Below, piece after piece: positions 60,701-64,000 of a stretch of DNA of 64,000 nucleotides. The position numbers and the translations under genes were made by a program. The number at the start of each line of letters is the position of its first letter. The first letter of the stretch is position 1. Origin of the DNA: Spirochaetia bacterium (GTDB taxonomy: Bacteria > Spirochaetota > Spirochaetia > SP-2023); the NCBI GenBank assembly GCA_965225855.1, contig CBDDCK010000005.1, positions 1-64,000 of the forward strand. Reading direction: 5' to 3'. Under the pieces are notes generated by a model, which had not been told where the DNA came from, ran no database searches, and saw nothing but the letters and a program-made list of their open reading frames with translations.

Positions 60701-61314
60701 AAACGCTGTAGGTGCTCCATATAATGGGTAGTAAAGTGCTCTTCGAGTGCTTGGCGGGCTATCCATTGCACCTTTTGAATTTCATGGGAAGTCCGAAAAC
60801 CATCAAAGAAGTGCAAAAAGGGCAAAGACGCTTTCAAACTGGCTAGATGGCTTACAAGCGCAATATCGAGGGCTTCTTGCGGGTTGGCCGAGTTAATTAT
60901 TGCAAAGCCAGTATTGCGGGCACTCATCACGTCCGAGTGGTCTCCAAATATAGAAAGCGAATGGCTGGCTATAGAGCGCGAAGCCACGTGAAAAACAGTT
61001 GGCAATAGTTCACCAGCGATCTTATGCATATCGGGCAGCATCAGTAACAATCCTTGCGAAGCAGTGAAAGTACTGCACAAGGCACCTGCACATAAAGCAC
61101 CGTGGACGGTTCCCGCTGCTCCAGCTTCAGATTGCATTTCGATAACTTCTACACTTTGGCCAAAAATATTGCTTTCACCTTTGCTAGCCCATTCGTCAGC
61201 GTTTTCCCCCATGGGGGAAGATGGAGTAATGGGGTAGATAGCTGCAAGCTCGCTCAAAAGATAGGCTATGTAAGAAGCAGCATAGTTGCCATCTACCATT
61301 TTCAATTTGTACAT
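57715..61314 (-). CDS. nifJ: Pyruvate:ferredoxin (flavodoxin) oxidoreductase
   Basis: YPITPS, two 4Fe-4S motifs (CIQCNLC, CTGCGVC), ACAGCGET, GGDGWAYDIG; start uncertain (61314 or 61389). Confidence 0.95.
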   Translation of the reverse strand: MYKLKMVDGNYAASYIAYLLSELAAIYPITPSSPMGENADEWASKGESNIFGQSVEVIEMQSEAGAAGTVHGALCAGALCSTFTASQGLLLMLPDMHKIAGELLPTVFHVASRSIASHSLSIFGDHSDVMSARNTGFAIINSANPQEALDIALVSHLASLKASLPFLHFFDGFRTSHEIQKVQWIARQALEEHFTTHYMEHLQRFRQRALRPESPEVRIAAQNPEVFFQASERRNPYYEELPQLLQGCMDEVAQLTGRQYQLFEYTGADDATEVVVAMGSACDTLKQTVAYLNQQGKRVGCLHVRCYRPFDGQAFAAALPCSVKGIAVLDRCKEAGSSGEPLYLDVLSAAHRQHLQVEIIGGRYGLSSKEFTPSHACTVFEYLANGGQHNFSIGIEDDISHRSLAVPAEFQEIDLTPKNTISALFWGLGSDGTVGANKNSVKIIGEQTELKAQAYFVYDSRKAFGLTVSHLRFGQDSLLQPYEIYHADFIACHHPSYPQRYEVLKPLKQGATFLLNTNLSPIEAFYSLKDDDQQIILQREIAFYVIDASHLALKLGIKSRINTIMQAAFFHLSGVIDADRAIRLIKQSIAETYGVKGQAIVERNYRAVDSAIAALQLFDSKQLTARPNDEQQRLLRESQAAPMHPQFAKSGFAKDVIAPILRFQGNQIPVSALSPDGTMPQGSARLEKRRMALEVPRWLPENCIQCNLCVMTCPHSVIRAKQIAPTKLESKPEKFTTIRSNTINGRDLEFRIQIFVDDCTGCGVCIDVCPAKNKALEYSPIETEISEGEVSHYQFFDKLPEDVLDGTKLNTPKGVSFKKPYFEFHSACAGCGETPYYNLVTKLYGSRMIVANATGCSSIYAGTYPTTPFVKDSKGRGVAWGNSLFEDNAEYALGMRLAVDRKRENLHSLSTELLSKMAGRSEFAALAELLQEAVDCFDDTSEEAYDRQLEIHRSIRVFLEEGSEQNVSLELRSLLGQLQSLTDYFVDKSVWAIGGDGWAYDIGFGGLDHVLSLPHNVNVLVLDTEVYSNTGGQSSKATPVGSIAKFAERGKRNGKKNLAMMMMQYGHVYVATVSMGANRAQVIRAFMEAEAHPGPSLILAYSPCIAHGIDMMKMQKQEKLATETGYFPLFRYNPLNPKGERLSRDSRQTKRDVAEFLQSERRYANLLRSMPELAEELFEQEREQVNNTLAQLEHWKSML

Positions 61315-61546
61315 AATGGAACTCTCATTTATATCATTCAAAATTGGCTCTATGTAGATGAAATTCTCTGTATCAAAAAACATAGGCAAATTTGACGATA
61401 CAATCTAGCTAGAAAAATAATTCCTGTCCAGTTTCTAGGATTGTTTACTTTAGGAAAATCCAATACAATCACAACCACATAACTTATTGCAAATTACATT
61501 TAACTTATTATAATATTATAAAATATAGTTTTAAGGTTTATCATAC

Positions 61547-62959
61547 GTGGAAAAAACAAAAAATTCTGGCTTTACCATTATTGTTGGGAAATTACATAGA
61601 AGACTAAAAGTATTTTTCCTATTTAATCTTTTATTATTGACAGCTCCAATATTTGCTCAAGAACAAGAAGTTCTGGAACAAACCCGTGAAACTTTTGTTG
61701 ATGAGGGTAGGCCTGTGTTGTTGGAAACTATTAATATTCGGGTAGAAGGTTTGTCCAACAAGAGAATTTTGAGCAACCGGCTTGGCGTGAAAGCCGGCCA
61801 AGAATTTATCAATTTAACAAAATTGCGCGCAATCCTCGATGATGGTTTTAATAAGCTCAAGAGCACCGGTTATTTTAAAAAAGACAGTATATCATACTGC
61901 TTAGTTCGTATAAACAATACCAACATAAAGGTATTTGAACATATCCATTTAGAAGCGAAGTTCAAAGATGCATGGACGATTTACCCGATTGCCTATCCTA
62001 ACTACAGCACGGCCAAAGGCTACGGAATAAAAGGCCGACTCAAATGGGATAATTTTCTGGGCCTACTGGGAGATATAACTTTGCGCCTCGATGTACTTGA
62101 AGGCGGGCCCGATATTCACAGCGGTTTTGACATTAGCACCATAAACATTACGCCCGATTTTGGCATAAGAGGAGCATTTGATTTAGATCGCAATGTAGAT
62201 GATGATGGGGCAAATTGGAAAATGGGCTTTGGTATGGGAGCAACTTGGAATATCAAAGCGTTACAGGCCAAGAATGTTATCAATATGAGTTATTCCGCTT
62301 CTACTAAGTTTGGTGGAACTTTTGGCTATACGGGGGAAATGACAACCCACCCATATTTTTTTACCAGCTTTAGTCATGGCTTAAATTTGGATAAAACCAA
62401 AACCAGTTGGGGCGGCGTCTTGCGTGATGGCTATACTTTATCACTCGGCAATAGCTACAGTTTTGATAGCGACCCCGGCAATTTGGACGATTCCAGAGCT
62501 TTTGCCTTAGAAGATATTAAACTGGATTTTACCATGATATTGAGTCGTTCTTATTTTGATATGCTTAATTTTAAAGGCCGAGCTGGGCTGGGTGGAGCAT
62601 TGGATTTTAAGAACGGCAAGTACAATAAACAAGGTACAAACTACGATGTTGCCAGTTACAACCGAGGCAAAAGAGATAATGCCTTAGAAGGCAATGTTAT
62701 TGCCTTTTTGAATATGGATATGGCTATTTTAGTTTTTAGCGATCAACTGTTGGGAGACCTACTATTAGAACCTTTCTTAGATGTAAGCTGGGCTTGGGGT
62801 AAAGATTCGAACGACTTTCGCCTAGAAAATGCCGCATTGGGTTCTGGTTTTGAATTGATTTGGATTTTCCATAGCTTGAAGTTTCGTTTCAGCTTTGGCT
62901 TTGACCTTGCTAACCCCGAATTATATACGATTGGTATTACTACGGGCTTTTATTTTTAA
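61547..62959 (+). CDS. Outer-membrane protein, POTRA-like N-terminus plus beta-barrel (Omp85-like)
   Basis: Signal peptide; INIRVEG...LKSTGYFK POTRA-like segment; C-terminal YF. Confidence 0.6.
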   Translation: MEKTKNSGFTIIVGKLHRRLKVFFLFNLLLLTAPIFAQEQEVLEQTRETFVDEGRPVLLETINIRVEGLSNKRILSNRLGVKAGQEFINLTKLRAILDDGFNKLKSTGYFKKDSISYCLVRINNTNIKVFEHIHLEAKFKDAWTIYPIAYPNYSTAKGYGIKGRLKWDNFLGLLGDITLRLDVLEGGPDIHSGFDISTINITPDFGIRGAFDLDRNVDDDGANWKMGFGMGATWNIKALQAKNVINMSYSASTKFGGTFGYTGEMTTHPYFFTSFSHGLNLDKTKTSWGGVLRDGYTLSLGNSYSFDSDPGNLDDSRAFALEDIKLDFTMILSRSYFDMLNFKGRAGLGGALDFKNGKYNKQGTNYDVASYNRGKRDNALEGNVIAFLNMDMAILVFSDQLLGDLLLEPFLDVSWAWGKDSNDFRLENAALGSGFELIWIFHSLKFRFSFGFDLANPELYTIGITTGFYF

Positions 62960-63009
62960 TTTACTACCAAACAGGCCTAGCCTTTTTTCTCTACAATAAC
63001 AATCTTGGT

Positions 63010-64000
63010 TTATTCCAATAGTTCAGCTATCGCTTGGCCCATTCCTCTGGTAGCTAACTTTCCACCTAGCTCTTGAGTAAATTGGCCTGCTGCAATTGCT
63101 TTAGCTACCGCTGCCTCAATCTTTTTGGCACTGTTTTCATAACCCAAAGCATAACGCAACATCATTGCTCCAGAAAGGATTTGGGCCACAGGGTTCGCTA
63201 TATTCTTCCCAGCAATTGAGGGTGGATAGTTACCACTGCCATGACATGGTTCAAAAAGGCCAAAGCCTTGATCATTGAGTGATGCAGAGGCCAACAAACC
63301 AATGGAACCCGGCAAAGTAGCAGCTTGATCACTTAAAATGTCGCCAAAAGTATTTTCCGTAAGAATTACGTCAAACTGGCCTGGATCGAGTATTAACTGC
63401 ATGGAAGCGTTGTCAATATAAAGGTGCGAAAGCTCAATATCGCTGTATTGCTCTGCATGCATTTTTTTTACGGTCTCACGCCAAAGAATACTCGAAGATA
63501 AGACATTGGCTTTATCGACACTACAAACTTTTTTACGCCTTCCCCGTGCCGCTTCAAAAGCGGTGCGTGCAATGCGCTCAATTTCGCTAACATTATAGCG
63601 CATAGTATCTAAGGCTTCCCCATTTTTGCGATCGAGCACTTTGGGTTGTCCAAAATATAAACCACCCGTTAATTCACGCATAATCACAAAATCAACCCCG
63701 CCACCCTCAACATTCAAGCGTTCTTTTTTCAGTGGAGAAGCCGCTACTAAACTAGGGTAGACCAACACGGGGCGAATGTTGACATACAAATTATAGCGTT
63801 TGCGTAAAGGCAATAAGGCTCCCCGTTCGGGCTGCTGCTCTGGCGGCAAATTTTCCCATTGAGGGCCACCCACTGCCCCAAAAAATATTGCATCGGCCTC
63901 ATCACAAATGCGCAAAGTTTCATCGGGCAACGGGCTACCTGTAGCTTCATAAGCGGCACCACCAACCAAGGCTTCCGTATATTGCAATTGCAAATGATCG
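63010..64000 (-). CDS. leuB: 3-isopropylmalate dehydrogenase (5' end beyond window)
   Basis: GAVGGPQW, RELTGGLYFG, VDKANVL, FGDILSD, NIANP. Confidence 0.95.
   Translation of the reverse strand, partial: DHLQLQYTEALVGGAAYEATGSPLPDETLRICDEADAIFFGAVGGPQWENLPPEQQPERGALLPLRKRYNLYVNIRPVLVYPSLVAASPLKKERLNVEGGGVDFVIMRELTGGLYFGQPKVLDRKNGEALDTMRYNVSEIERIARTAFEAARGRRKKVCSVDKANVLSSSILWRETVKKMHAEQYSDIELSHLYIDNASMQLILDPGQFDVILTENTFGDILSDQAATLPGSIGLLASASLNDQGFGLFEPCHGSGNYPPSIAGKNIANPVAQILSGAMMLRYALGYENSAKKIEAAVAKAIAAGQFTQELGGKLATRGMGQAIAELLE

Overview
AT-rich bacterial chromosome segment, probably from a spirochaete (spirochaete-type lipoboxes, GerMN, Bdr-like and DUF285 proteins; this is inference). A housekeeping backbone (trhO, tatD, comEC, ctpA-like, ABC-F, folA, hisG-hisD-hisB, nifJ, leuB, a K+ channel and others) is interrupted about every 6-13 kb by seven paralogues of one modular surface lipoprotein. 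Their CDSs total about 14.7 kb, roughly 23% of the window. Each has a lipobox, a variable number of two ~120-aa beta-rich repeat types (A and B) and an acidic VNTR linker. Main finding: three copies (~1325-4244, 18413-21951, 45577-48292) sit inside a transposase-less element. The element has TG...CA termini and 23-bp-spaced GGACRTGATAACT end repeats. One copy has a perfect 6-bp target-site duplication (CTTTAA). This resembles Tn552/IS481-type DDE elements. Two of the elements also carry an eroded type I R-M hsdS relic, and two lie inside decayed genes. The paralogues look mosaic. Together this suggests a non-autonomous transposon spreading, and recombination diversifying, a surface-antigen/adhesin family. 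A second, palindromic intergenic repeat separates a cassette-like array of Bdr-like and DUF3782-like genes (52505-54745). No rRNA, tRNA, CRISPR array or intact transposase/recombinase was seen.
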